A program made the translations under genes and the position numbers. The notes beneath the pieces are model-generated. The model was given only the letters and a program-made list of their open reading frames with translations, was not told the origin of the DNA and ran no database searches. A stretch of 18,472 nt of DNA from positions 1 through 18,472 of the forward strand of contig JBHLLU010000069.1 in NCBI GenBank assembly GCA_048938895.1, given 5' to 3'. Shown here one piece after another: positions 16,926-18,472 of the stretch. The stretch is from Promethearchaeota archaeon (GTDB lineage: Archaea > Asgardarchaeota > Lokiarchaeia > Sigyniarchaeales > SOKP01). The first letter of the stretch is position 1. Each line of letters starts with the position of its first letter.

Positions 16926-18125
16926 TTACCGTCGCATTGTAAGAAATTCTCCTGATTTCATCAATTTACATGGTTTGAGATAACTCTTCCCCGTGAGTTT
17001 AGCCGCTTCTTCCAATTTCTTAGATAATCGTTCATAGTTTCTTTTATTCATACTAAAAGGACCTGGCATTCCATATCCAACTGTAACGGCCTTATCAATT
17101 ATTTTATAATTCTTTACAATTCCCTGTTCTAACAACCTACATCCCTCATTTAATTGTTGAGCCATTAATACCTCAATATCAACTAATCCTGCTTTCTTAG
17201 AAGGATCTATTACAGGAGGTTTTCTATCGGACCAATCATAAAAACCTTTTCCTGTTTTCACTCCTAAATTACCACTTTCAACCAAGTTAATGAGAACTTG
17301 ACTAGGAGCAAATTCAGGAGAGAGTGTTTCTTCAAAATATTTCATAACATTATATACCGTGTCAACTCCGATTCCATCTATTAGAATGCATAAACCAAGA
17401 CCCCCGAAATCACTTGTATCCGCATCAAGTTGGTCATAAGAAATCCCTCTTTCTAACGCTTCGTCAAAAATCCAGTTATAATACGGACTAATAGCACCCA
17501 CTACTCTATTGGCGATGTGACCAGGAGTTTCTTTATCAAGGCAAATAATAACTCTCTTACCTTCAATAGAAGGCAACTTTTCACCAACAGCAACACCTAT
17601 ATCAATGTTATCATCGGAAGTTTTATCTCCTTTAGTTATTTCAATTAACCTATTTCTCACTGGAGAAAAGAAATGCATCCCAATTACTTTTTCAGGTTTT
17701 CTTGAAACTTCGCCTAATTTTGAAATACTCATTGAAGAGGTATTACTTGCTAATATTGTATCTTGCTTTGAATATACTCCCAATAGTGCATACACATCTT
17801 CTTTAATCCCAATTACCTCAGGGACAGCTTCAATAATGAAATCTGCTTTCTCAACAGCCTTTTTTAAATCAGTTTCTTTAACTAATCTTTCAAGGAGTTC
17901 TTTATATGTAGATGCTGCTACTAATTTCCCCTCAGATTCAAGTTTTTTAAGTCCTATTTCAGGATTATTTATCATCCATCCAATGCCTTTTTCAATTATT
18001 TCTAGAGAAATATCACTTAAAAAGACCTTTTTAAATCCCGCCATTAGACAAATTTGGGCAATGGCATGTCCCTGAATTCCCGCTCCTATAACTGCTATAT
18101 TCTTAATATTATTAATATCAACTAT
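16926..18125 (-). CDS. 3-hydroxyacyl-CoA dehydrogenase family protein with duplicated C-terminal domain; N-terminus extends to a non-ATG codon
   Basis: The frame is open upstream of the track's ATG (18044) and encodes IVDINNIKNIAVIGAGIQGHAIAQICL, the Rossmann GxGxxG. Also IIEAVPE, ASNTSS, GMHFF, LIE, G.LGVKTGKGFYDW, and a second helical repeat LNEGCRLLEQG..IDKA..GP. Confidence 0.9.
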   Translation of the reverse strand: MVDINNIKNIAVIGAGIQGHAIAQICLMAGFKKVFLSDISLEIIEKGIGWMINNPEIGLKKLESEGKLVAASTYKELLERLVKETDLKKAVEKADFIIEAVPEVIGIKEDVYALLGVYSKQDTILASNTSSMSISKLGEVSRKPEKVIGMHFFSPVRNRLIEITKGDKTSDDNIDIGVAVGEKLPSIEGKRVIICLDKETPGHIANRVVGAISPYYNWIFDEALERGISYDQLDADTSDFGGLGLCILIDGIGVDTVYNVMKYFEETLSPEFAPSQVLINLVESGNLGVKTGKGFYDWSDRKPPVIDPSKKAGLVDIEVLMAQQLNEGCRLLEQGIVKNYKIIDKAVTVGYGMPGPFSMNKRNYERLSKKLEEAAKLTGKSYLKPCKLMKSGEFLTMRR

Positions 18126-18229
18126 AATCTATTCACCTTTTAGAATTATTTTCTAAAATGGTAGTTAATATTAAAACTATAGATAAGTTGTAAGTTAATA
18201 TGAAAAGGATTAAAAATTTCCAATCTTAA

Positions 18230-18472
18230 TCATTCCATTGTAGGACTAATCCTCCATTGGCCCCCACACTTTCCACACACGTATTTCTTACCATAGATGC
18301 GTGGATATTGCATTATTATGTTAGTTTTATCAATTTTTTCTTGAATATACATTTGTCTGTCATTGTCACAATGAGGGCACTGCCGTCGTGAATACCCTTC
18401 TATAATTGGTTTGTTCATACCACTTAAACTAGGTGTGGGGCTTTCAAATTCGATTGGAATTCCTACTTCCGG
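18230..18472 (-). CDS. Hypothetical protein, C-terminal Zn-ribbon (5'-partial)
   Basis: The frame is open to the window end (PEVGIPIEFESPTPSLSG-MNKP...), so the track's Met is probably internal. CPHC...CGKC Cys pairs. Confidence 0.75.
   Translation of the reverse strand, partial: PEVGIPIEFESPTPSLSGMNKPIIEGYSRRQCPHCDNDRQMYIQEKIDKTNIIMQYPRIYGKKYVCGKCGGQWRISPTME

Noticed and set aside
17605-18075. 156-aa plus-strand ORF
   Set aside because: Codon-register antisense shadow of the dehydrogenase gene.
18145-18232. Selenocysteine or readthrough at the TGA ending the Zn-ribbon gene
   Set aside because: The downstream frame gives AT-rich nonsense overlapping the next promoter, the TGA is not at a Cys-motif position, and no SECIS was seen.
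1-18472. CRISPR arrays, tRNA/rRNA genes, IS elements
   Set aside because: By eye, no regularly spaced repeats, cloverleaf or GC-rich structural RNA blocks, transposase ORFs or terminal inverted repeats. An Infernal/tRNAscan run would be needed for certainty.

Overview
AT-rich, gene-dense archaeal window, most consistent with an Asgard archaeon (Lokiarchaeia-like). This assignment is inferred from a Rab-like small GTPase, TATA/BRE-type promoters, GGTGA ribosome-binding sites and the gene families present. Left to right: iorA (3' end cut by the window edge, missed by the ORF track), a small 2-TM protein, malic enzyme, an MFS transporter, a solitary Type III Mod-like adenine methyltransferase, an MBL-fold hydrolase, a Rab-like GTPase, a cold-shock protein with structured UTRs, a wHTH/Cys-rich 4Fe-4S protein, a flavin reductase, two head-to-head beta-CASP (RNase J-like) nucleases, a second MFS, an unannotated 52-aa ORF, a cupin with a palindromic operator candidate, a 3-hydroxyacyl-CoA dehydrogenase whose N-terminus needs a non-ATG start, and the C-terminal Zn-ribbon of a gene cut by the window edge. 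I saw no rRNA, tRNA, CRISPR array or transposase. The best leads are the divergent pair of catalytically intact beta-CASP RNases, the ATA/ATT-initiated dehydrogenase, the shortened orphan methyltransferase and the hairpin-flanked cold-shock gene. None of these is proven to be a new system from sequence alone.
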